Source: a bacterium
Lineage (GTDB): Bacteria > JACRDZ01 > JAQUKH01
Assembly (NCBI GenBank): GCA_028719205.1
Contig: JAQUKH010000022.1
Location: forward strand, 1-47,700
Length of the DNA: 47,700 bases
Direction: 5' to 3'
Every line of letters begins with the position of its first letter. Positions within the stretch are counted from its first letter, which is position 1. Shown one piece after another: positions 8,470 through 18,914 of the stretch. Under the pieces are notes generated by a model, which saw only the letters and a program-made list of their open reading frames with translations, did not search any database and had not been told where the DNA came from. The position numbers and the translations under genes were made by a program.

Positions 8470-10446
8470 ATGCCTCGTGATATTCCTGTAGGAAACGGAA
8501 ATTTTCTTGTTAATTTTGACAATGATTATTGTATCAGAGATATTTATTTTCCGTCAGTCGGTAAAGAAAATCATACTGACGGCCGTAAATTCAGATTCGG
8601 TATTTTTACTGAAGGAAAATTCAAATGGGTGGATAAAAGCTGGGGACTTAAACTCTGCTATTCCCGAGAAAGCCTTATAACCCGGGTAGAAGCAAAGAAC
8701 ATTGAATTAGATATCGGGCTTGAATGCAGTGATTTCATTGATTATAAAGAAAATATTTATATTAAAAAGATATTGATCAAAAATCTTGCTGAAAGGGAAA
8801 GAGAATTCCGAATTTTTTTCAGCCATGACTTTAATATTCTTGAATATCCGGCAGGGGATACAAGTTATTACGACCCTGATGAAAGGGCCGTAATACATTA
8901 TAAAAGGAAACGTTATTTTTTAATGAGCGGTTTGAGAAATAATGTCCAGGGTATTGACCAATACGCGAATGGAAGAAAGGAATTCCAGGGGCTGGAAGGA
9001 ACCTGGCGTGACGCGGAAGACGGTATCCTTGAAGGAAGCCCGATATCGCAGGGGTCAGTGGATTCCGCGTTAGCTTTTACAGTTAAGGTTCCATCGAAGG
9101 GGGAAAACATCCTGTATTACTGGATTTGCGCGGGAAGAGATTACGCGGAAGTCAGCCGTTTGAATAAGATGATCATGGGGCACGGGGTTGATTATTTTAA
9201 TAAACGCACGGAAAATTACTGGAAAGCGTGGCTGAATAAAGACGAGCGCGGTTTCGGAGGAATACCGGAAGAGGTTATCGATCTTTATAAAAAGAGCCTT
9301 TTGATCCTTAAAACTAATATTAATTTTAACGGCGCGATAATCGCGGGAAATGATTCTGATATCCAGCATTTTGCGAGAGATACTTATAGTTATATGTGGC
9401 CCAGGGACGGGGCGCTTACCGCGTATGCTCTTGATATGGCAGGTTATCAGGGGGTTACACGGCAATTTTTTAATTTCTGCTTTGATATAATTTGCAAGGG
9501 CAAGGAATCGGTCGGGGGGTATTTTTTGCATAAATATAATCCGGATGGTTCCTTAGGAAGTTCCTGGCATCCCTGGATCAGCAGCGGCCAAAAAATCCTG
9601 CCTATCCAGGAGGACGGTACCGGGCTTATTTTATGGTCGCTGTGGTTTCATTTTAATAAATTCAGGGACATTGAATTTATTGCGAACCTTTATGAAAACC
9701 TTATAATCCGGTGCGGGGATTTTCTCGCGTCTTATAGAAACGATGAAACAGGGCTGCCGCTTTCATCTTATGACCTGTGGGAGGAAAAATGGGGGATACA
9801 CACCTTTACTCTGTCTGCCGTTTATGCCGGGCTTAAGGCTTCTGAAAATTTTGCGGATTTTTTTGGCAACAGGAAAAGAAAAAATATATACGGGAAAGCG
9901 GCGGAAGAAATAAAATCCGCCATGGGAAAATATCTTTACAGCAAAGAACATAACAGGTTTCTGAAAACAATAGTTCCCGATAAAAACGGTATATTTAAAA
10001 AAGATTTAACAATTGATTCGAGCCTCTACGCGCCCTTTTATTTCGGTATGTTCGGGGCAAAAGATGAATGGGTAATTAACACAATGAATGCTGTAAAAGA
10101 CCGGCTTTGGCTAAAAACACTAAGCGGCGGCCTTGCAAGGTATGAAGGGGACGGTTATTACAGGATCAGTGAAAATATTAAAGAAGTTCCGGGTAATCCA
10201 TGGTTTATATGCACACTCTGGCTTGCCCAGTGGTATATCGCGAAGGCTGAAAATTTAAAAGAACTTAGTGAGGCAATGGCCATTCTTAAATGGGTTCAGG
10301 CAAGGGCACTGTCTTCAGGTGTTTTGGCTGAACAAGCAGATCCTTATACAAATCAGTCTCATTCTGTTTCCCCGCTTACATGGAGCCACGCGGTTTTTAT
10401 TACAACCGTTCTGGAATATATAGAGAAGGCAAAGGTATTAAAATGA
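8470..10446 (+). CDS. Glycoside hydrolase family 15 (glucoamylase/trehalase-like)
   Basis: YSYMWPRDG, DLWEE, LAEQ, SPLTWSHA motifs. Confidence 0.9.
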   Translation: MPRDIPVGNGNFLVNFDNDYCIRDIYFPSVGKENHTDGRKFRFGIFTEGKFKWVDKSWGLKLCYSRESLITRVEAKNIELDIGLECSDFIDYKENIYIKKILIKNLAEREREFRIFFSHDFNILEYPAGDTSYYDPDERAVIHYKRKRYFLMSGLRNNVQGIDQYANGRKEFQGLEGTWRDAEDGILEGSPISQGSVDSALAFTVKVPSKGENILYYWICAGRDYAEVSRLNKMIMGHGVDYFNKRTENYWKAWLNKDERGFGGIPEEVIDLYKKSLLILKTNINFNGAIIAGNDSDIQHFARDTYSYMWPRDGALTAYALDMAGYQGVTRQFFNFCFDIICKGKESVGGYFLHKYNPDGSLGSSWHPWISSGQKILPIQEDGTGLILWSLWFHFNKFRDIEFIANLYENLIIRCGDFLASYRNDETGLPLSSYDLWEEKWGIHTFTLSAVYAGLKASENFADFFGNRKRKNIYGKAAEEIKSAMGKYLYSKEHNRFLKTIVPDKNGIFKKDLTIDSSLYAPFYFGMFGAKDEWVINTMNAVKDRLWLKTLSGGLARYEGDGYYRISENIKEVPGNPWFICTLWLAQWYIAKAENLKELSEAMAILKWVQARALSSGVLAEQADPYTNQSHSVSPLTWSHAVFITTVLEYIEKAKVLK

Positions 10447-10472
10447 TATATTAAATTTAAGGAGATAATCGC

Positions 10473-10700
10473 ATGCCGAAAGTAGAGGATAATTTTGATA
10501 ATGAAAATATATGCAATAAATTTTGCGGAGTATGCCCGACATATCCCGGAGTAAAGGGGGAGTTATTATTCTGCGCGAGAGGCGCGAGCCGCTTGCCAAA
10601 ACAAAAATCAGGGTGTAACTGTGGTTTATGTGATTTGTGGAACAAATACGACCTTTCGGATTTTTATTTTTGCATGAGGAAAAAAGAAGAAGGGGGGTAA
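10473..10700 (+). CDS. Small Cys-rich protein, DUF2769-like
   Basis: CGVCPTY, LFCARG, CNCGLC, YFC; AAGGAG RBS. Confidence 0.7.
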   Translation: MPKVEDNFDNENICNKFCGVCPTYPGVKGELLFCARGASRLPKQKSGCNCGLCDLWNKYDLSDFYFCMRKKEEGG

Positions 10701-10716
10701 GTTAACTTTTTAAAAT

Positions 10717-12246
10717 TTATTGTTTCTTTTTTTTCGGCAGATTTACTGAAACTTCTGTTCCCCTGCCAGTTTCGCTTTCAATATTTATTGTGCCGGAATG
10801 GAGGCTTATTATCTGAAAGCAAACTGAAAGCCCAAGCCCGGTACCTTTGGATTTGGTTGAGAAAAACGGTTCAAATACTTTTCCCAGATTATCTTTGCTT
10901 ATTCCAACTCCGTTATCTTTGATGCAGACTTTAAGCAGATTGTCATTGTCATAAGCTTTTATTTCTATCAAGCCGTCAGGTTCTGAAACAGCGTCATGCG
11001 CGTTATTCAGCAGATTAATAAATACCTCTTTTATCTGGAAAGGGTCTGATTCAATAAAAATATTTTTTATCGGTTCGAGTTCTTTTTTTAATAAAACTTT
11101 TTTCTTGGATATTTTTTTTGAATCCTTAATACATTCGATAAGGATCTCGTAGAAATTAAAATTCTCATAATTCGGCATTCTGATCTTAGAGTAAAACAAA
11201 AGATTATTAATGATTTGTTCGCTTTCAACTATTTTATTTTCAATATTATTTAAGGAACGTTCCGCTGATGGGTCCAGAATTTTTCTTTTGAGATTGTAAA
11301 CTGCCATTAATATAGTATTCAAAGGATTTCTAAGTTCATGTGCCACGGTCGCGGCCAGGGTGCCTATGTCTGAAAGCCTCTTGGCTTTATCCAGTTCTAT
11401 CCGGGTTATCATTAATTCCTGAGACCTCTCTTTGACCATTCTTTCAAAAGTTTCTTTATCGCGTTTCAGGATCTCCTCGGCCTGTTTGCGTTCGGTAATA
11501 TCAACCGAAAAACTTATTACCCCTATAATATTGCCTTGAGAATCGCGGTAAGGAATCTTATCCGTCTGGATGAAACGCGTCTTATTATTAATTATCGCGG
11601 TTTCAGTAATATCCATCTTTGGTTTACCTGATCTTATTACTTCCAAGTCTTCCTTCCAGTAGGCTTCAGCCTGTTCCCTGGTATAAATTTCAAAGAGAGA
11701 TTTACCTTCCAATGCCTTTTTAGACATTCCCATCATTTTACTGAAAGCTTTATTTACCCGCAGTAAGCGGTTTTCTTTGTCCTTATAAAAAATCCAGGAA
11801 GGCACGGAATCAAGAATGATTTGCAGTTCCTCCTGCTGTTTGGCAAGCACTTCTTCGATGTGTTTCCGTTCAATCGCGTATTTTATGCAGCGTTTAAGAG
11901 CATCTGTATTTATTTTCCCCTTTACAAGATAGTCAGCCGCTTTGCATTGTAAAGATTCTATCGCCAGATTTTCATCGTCAGCTCCAGTCAGGATAATAAC
12001 CGGAATATCCGGCATCAGCTTGACAATCTCTGTAAGGCCCTCAAGGCTGCGGCTGTCCGGCAGGTTAATATCCAGTAATACAGTGTCGAAAACTTCTTTC
12101 TCCAATTTTAAAATGCCGCCGGCCAAATTGTCCGCGTGAGTAATTTTAAAATAAGGATTCACGCAGTGCCTGAGTAATTCCCTGACAATTCTAATGTCTG
12201 CCGGATTATCTTCGATAACAAGTAAATGAATTTCACTTTTTTCCAT
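10717..12246 (-). CDS. Hybrid REC-PAS-histidine kinase
   Basis: N-terminal receiver (VIEDN, LLD), PAS/PAC, AHELRNPL, KGTGLGL. Confidence 0.9.
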   Translation of the reverse strand: MEKSEIHLLVIEDNPADIRIVRELLRHCVNPYFKITHADNLAGGILKLEKEVFDTVLLDINLPDSRSLEGLTEIVKLMPDIPVIILTGADDENLAIESLQCKAADYLVKGKINTDALKRCIKYAIERKHIEEVLAKQQEELQIILDSVPSWIFYKDKENRLLRVNKAFSKMMGMSKKALEGKSLFEIYTREQAEAYWKEDLEVIRSGKPKMDITETAIINNKTRFIQTDKIPYRDSQGNIIGVISFSVDITERKQAEEILKRDKETFERMVKERSQELMITRIELDKAKRLSDIGTLAATVAHELRNPLNTILMAVYNLKRKILDPSAERSLNNIENKIVESEQIINNLLFYSKIRMPNYENFNFYEILIECIKDSKKISKKKVLLKKELEPIKNIFIESDPFQIKEVFINLLNNAHDAVSEPDGLIEIKAYDNDNLLKVCIKDNGVGISKDNLGKVFEPFFSTKSKGTGLGLSVCFQIISLHSGTINIESETGRGTEVSVNLPKKKKQ

Positions 12247-12253
12247 AAAAAAT

Positions 12254-12703
12254 CTATTCCTTTGGCGGAAGCTTTACTATTGTAAGCCAGAAATCCTGAA
12301 TAGCCCTTGCTACCCTGGCGAATTGTAAAAGGTCAATGGGTTTTGTGATAAAACAGTTAGCGTGAAGATTATATGATTTTATTATATCCTCTTCCGCCTT
12401 GGATACCGTGAGAACTACCACGGGGATCATTTTCAGTTTGTCGCTTTCTTTTATTTCCTTGAGGACTTCTCTCCCGTCAATTCTCGGCAGGTTCAGGTCC
12501 AGCAATATAAGGTCAGGCCTTACCGCGTTTGAATATTTTCCCCGCCTGTGAAGAAAATTGAGCGCTTCTTCACCGTCACTTACGACCTGAACATTGTTGC
12601 ATATTTTTTCTTGTTTCAAGGTTTCGATCGTAAGCCTCACATCAGCCGGGTTGTCTTCCACTAGAAGAATTTCTATGGAATTAACATGATTTCCGTTCTT
12701 CAT
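12254..12703 (-). CDS. Single-domain response regulator (Rcp1-like)
   Basis: [27 protein letters not shown] 12703 with GGAGG RBS. Confidence 0.9.
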   Translation of the reverse strand: MKNGNHVNSIEILLVEDNPADVRLTIETLKQEKICNNVQVVSDGEEALNFLHRRGKYSNAVRPDLILLDLNLPRIDGREVLKEIKESDKLKMIPVVVLTVSKAEEDIIKSYNLHANCFITKPIDLLQFARVARAIQDFWLTIVKLPPKE

Positions 12704-15700
12704 TTGCTGCCTCCTTTTGTATGTTTGCCGGTATCGTAAAATAAAAGGTTGAACCTTTTCCAACCTGCGATTCTACCCAGATCCGGCCGCCGTGCGTTTC
12801 TATAATTTTTTTGCATATTGAAAGGCCGATACCGGTTCCCGGGTATTTGTCCCTGCCGTGGAGCCGCTGGAATATTAAAAAGATCTTCTCCTTGTATTTT
12901 TCATCAATGCCTATGCCGTTATCGCTGACAGAGAACAGCCATTCATTTCCATTTTTTTTCGCGCTGATATGGATATGAGGAGCCTCTTTTCCGCGAAACT
13001 TTATGGCATTTGAAATAAGATTCTGGAAAAGCTGGAGAAAATTACTCTCATTGCATACCGAAACAGGAAGTGTGTCATGAGTTATAACAGCTCCTGTTCC
13101 CTCTATGACAGAGCTTAAAATCGTGACAACCTTTCCGAGAACTGAATTGCAGTCAACATCAGTTTTTTGCGTCTCAACCCTGCCAATACGGGAATAAGCG
13201 AGAAGGTCTATTATAAGTTTTTGCATGCGGTTCGCGGCATCCGTTATGAAATCAATGAAATCATCCGCGTCCGGATCAAGCCTGGCTTTATACCTGTGCG
13301 CTAATAATTGGGAAAAACTCGACATGGTCCGGAGCGGCTCCTGCAGGTCATGGGAGGCGACATAGGCAAATTGTTCAAGGTTTTCGTTCGCGCGTTTAAG
13401 GTTATCCTCAGCTTTCTTTCTCTCTGTAATATCGTGCACCATCCCTACGGACCTGATAATTTTTCCGGACGCGTCTCTGATGTGTTCACACTTTTCATGG
13501 ACGAAGCGAATTTCCCCGGTTGATCTTTTTACTATCCTGTGCTCGATTTCATATTTATCACTTCCTTCTCGAACGGAACCGGAATACGCGGAATCAACCG
13601 CGGCGCGGTCATCCGGGTGGATCGCATCGAGAAATGCCTCATATGTGGCCGTGAATTCCTGCGGTTCAAAGCCAAAGATCCTGTATACTTCATCCGACCA
13701 TGAAAGGCGGTTATTTATGAGGTTCAGTTCCCAGCCGCCGAGATGTGATATTTCCTGCGCCCTGTTTAACCTTTTTTCGCTTTCGAATAGTTCAAGTGAG
13801 CGTTCTTTCACGCGCTGTTCCAGAGTTTCGTTTATTTTTTCAAGGACTTCACGCGCTTTTTTGATATCAGTAACATCGCGCGCTGCAGCAAAAACGCCGG
13901 AGACATTGCCGCTGTTGTCTTTATAGACACTGGCATTATAGAGAACATCTATCAGCTTGCCGTCTTTACGTCGTATAGTCAGGGGATAGTCTGTAACAAA
14001 ACCTTTGGCAAATACCTGCAGGTAACCGGCCCGTGCTTTTTCAGGTTCCGTGAAATAGCCTGAGAAGTCAGTGCCTATAAGCTCTTCCCTGGTCTTTTCT
14101 GTTGCCCTGATAGTAGCTTCGTTAACGTCTGTAATTTTACCATCAGCTGATATAGTTACAAGCGGGTCAAGAGAGGCCTCGATGAGGCTTCTGGCGTATT
14201 GAGAGGCCTGTTTCAGCAACGTCACATCGCGCGCGGCAGCAAAGATGCCGGTAATATTTCCGCTGGTATCTTTGTAGACACTGGCGTTATATAGGACATC
14301 CGTAAGTTTGCCGTCCTTGCGGCGTATGGTCAGGGGGTAATCTGTAACAAAACCTTTTGAGAAAACCTGCAGGTAACCTGCCCGGGCTTTTTCAGGCTCA
14401 GTGAAGTAGCCGGAGAAGTCAGTGCCTATAAGCTCTTCCCTGGCCTTTCCTGTTGCCCTGATAGTAGCTTCGTTAACGTCTGTAATTTTACCATCAGCTG
14501 ATATAGTTACAAGCGGGTCAAGAGAGGCCTCGATAAGGCTTCTGGCGTATTGGGAGGCTTGTTTTGATTTTTCTTCTGCGCGTTTCTTTTCCGAAATATC
14601 GCTGCTTATCACCAAATATCCAATTGGTTTTCCAGAAGTATCATCACGCCTGGTAACGACAAGGTTAGCCGTAAAATTGGAGCCGTCCTTTCGGACACGT
14701 TGAAATTCTCCCTCCGCGATTCCCTTTTCATAAGCCTCCGTCAATAATTTTTCCACAGCTCCTGATCTTATATCTTCAGGCACATGAAGGATGTTTGAAT
14801 TTTTGCCTATAATCTCTTCCGCCTTATAACCGTAGTTGCGATAGGCTCCTTCATTCCAGGAAAGGATGCGTTGATTGATATCTTTTCCGATTATCGAGTA
14901 TTTTATTGAACTTTGCAGAATATTATCCAGGAAGTTTTTCGTTTTAACAAACTCGCTCATGATACGCTTTGATTCAGTCACATCGCGCGCGGCAGCAAAT
15001 ACGCCGGTGACATTGCCGTGGGTATCTTTGTAGACACTGGCGTTATAGAGGACATCCGTTAACTTACCGTCCTTATGGCGTATGGTCAGGGGATAATCAG
15101 TAACAAAGCCTTTAGAGAAAACCTGGAGATAACCTGCCCGGGCTTTTTCAGGCTCAGTGAAGTAGCCGGAGAAGTCTGTGCCTATCAGTTTTTCCCTGGA
15201 TTTTCCGGTTGCCCTGATAGTAGCCTCGTTAACATCTGTGATCTTACCGTCGGTTGAGATAGTAACAAGCGGGTCGAGAGAAGCCTCGATGAGGTTTCTG
15301 GCATATTGGGAATTTGCGAACAAATGTTCCTGGGCTAGTTTTAATTTACCGGTCATTTTATCAAATGATCTTGATAGCTGGCCGATTTCATCTCTTGAAT
15401 TGATTTCAACTTTGTGGTTTAAGTTTCCGCTCCCGATTATTTCAGCGCCATTTGACAATTTTTTTATAGGCTCAGAAATGGAATTGGCAATGGAAAACGC
15501 CATTATGCAGCTCAAAATAAGAATAATGGTAAGAATTAATATTGTAATATTCCGTAAATTAATCGCATCGGCAAAGGCTTCATCGCTATCGATTTTTGAT
15601 ACTATTCCCCAATCTAAAGAGGGAATATGCCTCCATGCCGCGATAACGTTTTTTCCCCGATAATCGATTAACTGCCCGGAACCGAACTTTCCCTTTACCG

Positions 15701-16466
15701 CTTCCTGGATCGGGCCGCCGAGTGATTTCCCTATTTCAACCTGCCTTTTGAGAACCGCCTGGGGATCATGCCTTAACGGATTTAAATATACTACTTGATT
15801 ATTTATTGCCCTGCCTAATAAAGTTTCGCCTGTGTTGCCCAACCCTGTCACATCACTGATAATTTCATACATGGGAGCCAGGTCTACTTCAAAAGCGATG
15901 ACTCCCGCAAAAGCGCCATTTAGATCCGAAGCCGGGGCGGTAATCAGCACTGCCGGTTTATCGCCTTCTGTTTTGTTTAAAAAGATTTCCGAAAAATAAA
16001 TTTTATTTTTTCCTTCCGAGAAAGCCTTTTCGTGATAGCTGAAAAAAGACTTTGAAATTTCCCTGGAATAATGTGGAATACTGCTTGTATATACGATTAT
16101 GCCTTTATTATCGATAAGCATAATGTCAAAAAGATGTAAAATTGATTGCATTCGCCTTAGTTGTTCATCCAGCGTTTTCTTCGCGGAAATAGACTCGGGA
16201 TTGGATGGGTCATTTAAAAACCGGGACAGGAGAGTAAGGTTCTTCCTGATATTGTAAAGGCCCTGGGTTATTTCCATTTCTGATTTTAACCTTCCAAAAT
16301 ATGTTTCAATTCTTTCCGTTTTGAACGCAACAGTATTTTCCAGCTGTATCAGCCTGTTAGCTTCTAATGAATTTCTGTAATTATTGAAAGTTAAAATGCT
16401 GATAATAAGAAGTGGAATGGAGGCAACAGCTAAAAAGGTAATAATAAGTTTTAATCTAATAGACAT
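12681..16466 (-). CDS. Membrane sensor kinase Cache-HAMP-5xPAS-HisKA-HATPase
   Basis: Two TM helices, HAMP (DEIGQL), multiple [22 protein letters not shown]. Confidence 0.9.
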   Translation of the reverse strand: MSIRLKLIITFLAVASIPLLIISILTFNNYRNSLEANRLIQLENTVAFKTERIETYFGRLKSEMEITQGLYNIRKNLTLLSRFLNDPSNPESISAKKTLDEQLRRMQSILHLFDIMLIDNKGIIVYTSSIPHYSREISKSFFSYHEKAFSEGKNKIYFSEIFLNKTEGDKPAVLITAPASDLNGAFAGVIAFEVDLAPMYEIISDVTGLGNTGETLLGRAINNQVVYLNPLRHDPQAVLKRQVEIGKSLGGPIQEAVKGKFGSGQLIDYRGKNVIAAWRHIPSLDWGIVSKIDSDEAFADAINLRNITILILTIILILSCIMAFSIANSISEPIKKLSNGAEIIGSGNLNHKVEINSRDEIGQLSRSFDKMTGKLKLAQEHLFANSQYARNLIEASLDPLVTISTDGKITDVNEATIRATGKSREKLIGTDFSGYFTEPEKARAGYLQVFSKGFVTDYPLTIRHKDGKLTDVLYNASVYKDTHGNVTGVFAAARDVTESKRIMSEFVKTKNFLDNILQSSIKYSIIGKDINQRILSWNEGAYRNYGYKAEEIIGKNSNILHVPEDIRSGAVEKLLTEAYEKGIAEGEFQRVRKDGSNFTANLVVTRRDDTSGKPIGYLVISSDISEKKRAEEKSKQASQYARSLIEASLDPLVTISADGKITDVNEATIRATGKAREELIGTDFSGYFTEPEKARAGYLQVFSKGFVTDYPLTIRRKDGKLTDVLYNASVYKDTSGNITGIFAAARDVTLLKQASQYARSLIEASLDPLVTISADGKITDVNEATIRATEKTREELIGTDFSGYFTEPEKARAGYLQVFAKGFVTDYPLTIRRKDGKLIDVLYNASVYKDNSGNVSGVFAAARDVTDIKKAREVLEKINETLEQRVKERSLELFESEKRLNRAQEISHLGGWELNLINNRLSWSDEVYRIFGFEPQEFTATYEAFLDAIHPDDRAAVDSAYSGSVREGSDKYEIEHRIVKRSTGEIRFVHEKCEHIRDASGKIIRSVGMVHDITERKKAEDNLKRANENLEQFAYVASHDLQEPLRTMSSFSQLLAHRYKARLDPDADDFIDFITDAANRMQKLIIDLLAYSRIGRVETQKTDVDCNSVLGKVVTILSSVIEGTGAVITHDTLPVSVCNESNFLQLFQNLISNAIKFRGKEAPHIHISAKKNGNEWLFSVSDNGIGIDEKYKEKIFLIFQRLHGRDKYPGTGIGLSICKKIIETHGGRIWVESQVGKGSTFYFTIPANIQKEAANEERKSC
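13870..15310 (-). repeat. Three near-identical ~117-aa PAS repeats in the sensor kinase
   Basis: SQYAR(S/N)[20 protein letters not shown] three times; DNA offsets 351 and 756 nt. Confidence 0.9.
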
Positions 16467-16582
16467 ATTTTCTTTTTCCGGGATATATTTTAGTTTTTAC
16501 TTACCTTAATTCTATTAAAATAATTTATTTTCTCAAAAGATTCTGCCGGTGTCAATTTAAATCTTATCTAAGAACCGGAGTG

Positions 16583-16642
16583 GTGAAAAGTCAATAAAAA
16601 ACAGATTCAGCCAATAGATATATTTTTCATAAAATATATAAT
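16583..16642 (+). promoter_or_regulatory. Island promoter module copy 3
   Basis: GTGAAAAGTCAATAAAAAACAG; TAGATA 16615-16620; TATAAT 16637-16642. Confidence 0.75.
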
Positions 16643-16663
16643 TATTCTAAAAGGTAAAATATC

Positions 16664-17290
16664 ATGTTTAACGATAGAAAAGACGCGGGAAAAAAATTGG
16701 CTAAAGCATTAGAAAAGTATAAAAATAAAAATGTTGTTGTGCTTGCCATACCGCGCGGCGGGGTGGAAGTCGGTTACGAGGTCGCGAAATACCTCAATGC
16801 TGAATTATCCGTAATAGTTTCACGAAAACTCCCTTCGCTGGAAAATCCTGAATCGGGGTTCGGAGCAATAGCGGAGGATGGCAGTCTTTTTATGTTTGAT
16901 TTCGCGAAAAGGATATATTCCACGGAAGTAATCAATAGAATTATTGAAGAACAAAAATCCGAGATAAAAAGAAGAATCCAATTATTCAGGAAAGGAAAGG
17001 CGCTTCCGGAGATTAAAGGAAAAACTGTTATACTTGTTGATGACGGGATCGCGATGGGTTCCACTATATACGCGTCAATACTTTTATGCAGAAATAAAAA
17101 AGCAGGGGAAATTATAGTCGCGGCTCCCGTATCAGGAATGGATACTAAAGAGATTATTAAAGAAGCGGCCGATGAAGTTATTATTCTGGAAACACCTGAT
17201 TCATTCCATGCCGTTGCTGAGTCTTATTTAAATTGGTATGATGTGCCGGATGAAGAGGTGATAAAGATATTGAACAAATTTGGTAATTAG
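16664..17290 (+). CDS. Phosphoribosyltransferase family protein
   Basis: FNDRKDAG, LAIPRGG, VILVDDGIAMGST PRPP loop. Confidence 0.9.
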   Translation: MFNDRKDAGKKLAKALEKYKNKNVVVLAIPRGGVEVGYEVAKYLNAELSVIVSRKLPSLENPESGFGAIAEDGSLFMFDFAKRIYSTEVINRIIEEQKSEIKRRIQLFRKGKALPEIKGKTVILVDDGIAMGSTIYASILLCRNKKAGEIIVAAPVSGMDTKEIIKEAADEVIILETPDSFHAVAESYLNWYDVPDEEVIKILNKFGN

Positions 17291-17292
17291 TG

Positions 17293-17353
17293 GAAATAAG
17301 TCATAAATAAGCAGACTCCGGCCATTTACATTATTTAAAAAAATAAATAATAT
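17293..17353 (+). promoter_or_regulatory. Island promoter module copy 4
   Basis: GAAATAAGTCATAAATAAGCAG; TTTACA 17325-17330; 17 bp; TAATAT 17348-17353. Confidence 0.8.
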
Positions 17354-17372
17354 TATGTGGGAGGATGTTATT

Positions 17373-18899
17373 ATGAAAAGTAATATTTTTTTGACCTTGA
17401 TAATCTTTAGTTTTATTATCTTATCATTTGTTTCTGCTATTGAAAAAAAAGTAATTAAACGGGAGGATAGAACAGAAACAGAAGATAATTTATTCAAATA
17501 TAAAGAAACAAGCGTGGATAAATTTGCTACACCGGAGAAATGCGGCGAGTGTCATGAGGATATATATAAGCAATGGAAAGGCTCAATGCACAGCAAGGCT
17601 TTTATTGACCCTGTCTGGAGGGCGGCAACTAAATTATTTTACAGTGAATCCAAAACACCCGGTGAAATTCTTGAAATGAAGACCTGTGTTAAGTGCCATA
17701 CCCCGCTTGGTTTCCGCTCTAATCTTATCCAATCCCCTGAAGATAATTATGATAAATTGACGGATTTACCCGCCCAGGGTATTTTCTGTAACTGGTGCCA
17801 TAATATAAATGAGGCAGTGCATATAGGCGATGCCGGGTATGAAATAGCAACCGGTGAGGGAGAAAATTTTACGTCAACTATTCTTGGCCCCCGCAATGAT
17901 CCCAGATTTGAATATCCTCCTGAACCTAAAGAAGTTTTGCATCCGTCGGAATATTCACAATTTTATACAAAATCCGAATTTTGCGGGATGTGCCATAATG
18001 TGTCCCATATAGAAAATAAACTTCCTTTAGAACAAACCTACAGCGAATGGGAAAATAGCCCGTATAATACTAAAGACCCGCAAACTACTGTAACCTGCCA
18101 GGATTGCCATATGAGGCAAAAAGCCGGAATTCCTTCCACCGGGAAAACAGAAAAAACAGACAGCCCCGGTATATCCGCGAAAAATGGCCCGCGCAGGGAA
18201 CATATATGGACACATTATTTCGCGGGTGGGAATTCTATTGTGCCAAAGCTTCTAGGAAGTGACCTTCATTCTTTTCTGGCTATCGAGAGGCTGACAAACG
18301 CGGCTGAACTGGAAATAATCAAGGATGATTCATATAAGAAGGGCGGGTTATCGAAGTTTAAAGTTAAAGTCACAAATTCCGGAGCAGGCCATTATCTTCC
18401 AACAGGTGTGACCGCGATAAGACAGATGTGGCTTGATGTTAAAATAACCAGCCGTGACGGAGTGGAGATCTTCAGATCCGGCGACATGGACAGGGCAGGA
18501 GATCTTGAGAAAAGTACTGTTATATATAACACTGTGCTGGGGGATAAAAATGGAAAACCGGTTACAAATGTCGCGCTTGCGGATAGGATACTTTATGATC
18601 ATAGAATACCCCCAAAAGGTTATGTTATTGAAGACTATAGTTTTATCATTCCTGAAAGTGCTTTTTCTCCGCTTAAGGTTGAAGTTGTTTTAAAATACCG
18701 GACTATTTCTCCGGGCCTTATGGAAAAACTTCTGGGCGATAAAGCCCCCAAGCCTATTTTAGCGGATCGTGACAAAGACGTTTTTCCTGATGATTCAGCT
18801 ATGGTAGATGATGTATATAAGGCGGATGATATTTCAGGCATACCGGTAAAGGTTCCTGTTATTGATATGGCCAGCTTGACTGAAAAAATAAATTTTTAA
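17373..18899 (+). CDS. Exported pentaheme c-type cytochrome with C-terminal beta-rich domain
   Basis: Signal peptide; CGECH, CVKCH, CNWCH, CGMCH, CQDCH; NSGAGHYLPTG; GGAGG RBS 17360-17364. Confidence 0.9.
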   Translation: MKSNIFLTLIIFSFIILSFVSAIEKKVIKREDRTETEDNLFKYKETSVDKFATPEKCGECHEDIYKQWKGSMHSKAFIDPVWRAATKLFYSESKTPGEILEMKTCVKCHTPLGFRSNLIQSPEDNYDKLTDLPAQGIFCNWCHNINEAVHIGDAGYEIATGEGENFTSTILGPRNDPRFEYPPEPKEVLHPSEYSQFYTKSEFCGMCHNVSHIENKLPLEQTYSEWENSPYNTKDPQTTVTCQDCHMRQKAGIPSTGKTEKTDSPGISAKNGPRREHIWTHYFAGGNSIVPKLLGSDLHSFLAIERLTNAAELEIIKDDSYKKGGLSKFKVKVTNSGAGHYLPTGVTAIRQMWLDVKITSRDGVEIFRSGDMDRAGDLEKSTVIYNTVLGDKNGKPVTNVALADRILYDHRIPPKGYVIEDYSFIIPESAFSPLKVEVVLKYRTISPGLMEKLLGDKAPKPILADRDKDVFPDDSAMVDDVYKADDISGIPVKVPVIDMASLTEKINF

Positions 18900-18914
18900 A
18901 TTTAAAAAAAGATA

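Noticed and set aside
13308-15663. Antisense ORFs within the sensor kinase, and similar shadow ORFs across the window
   Set aside because: Fully overlap well-supported genes and have no recognisable motifs
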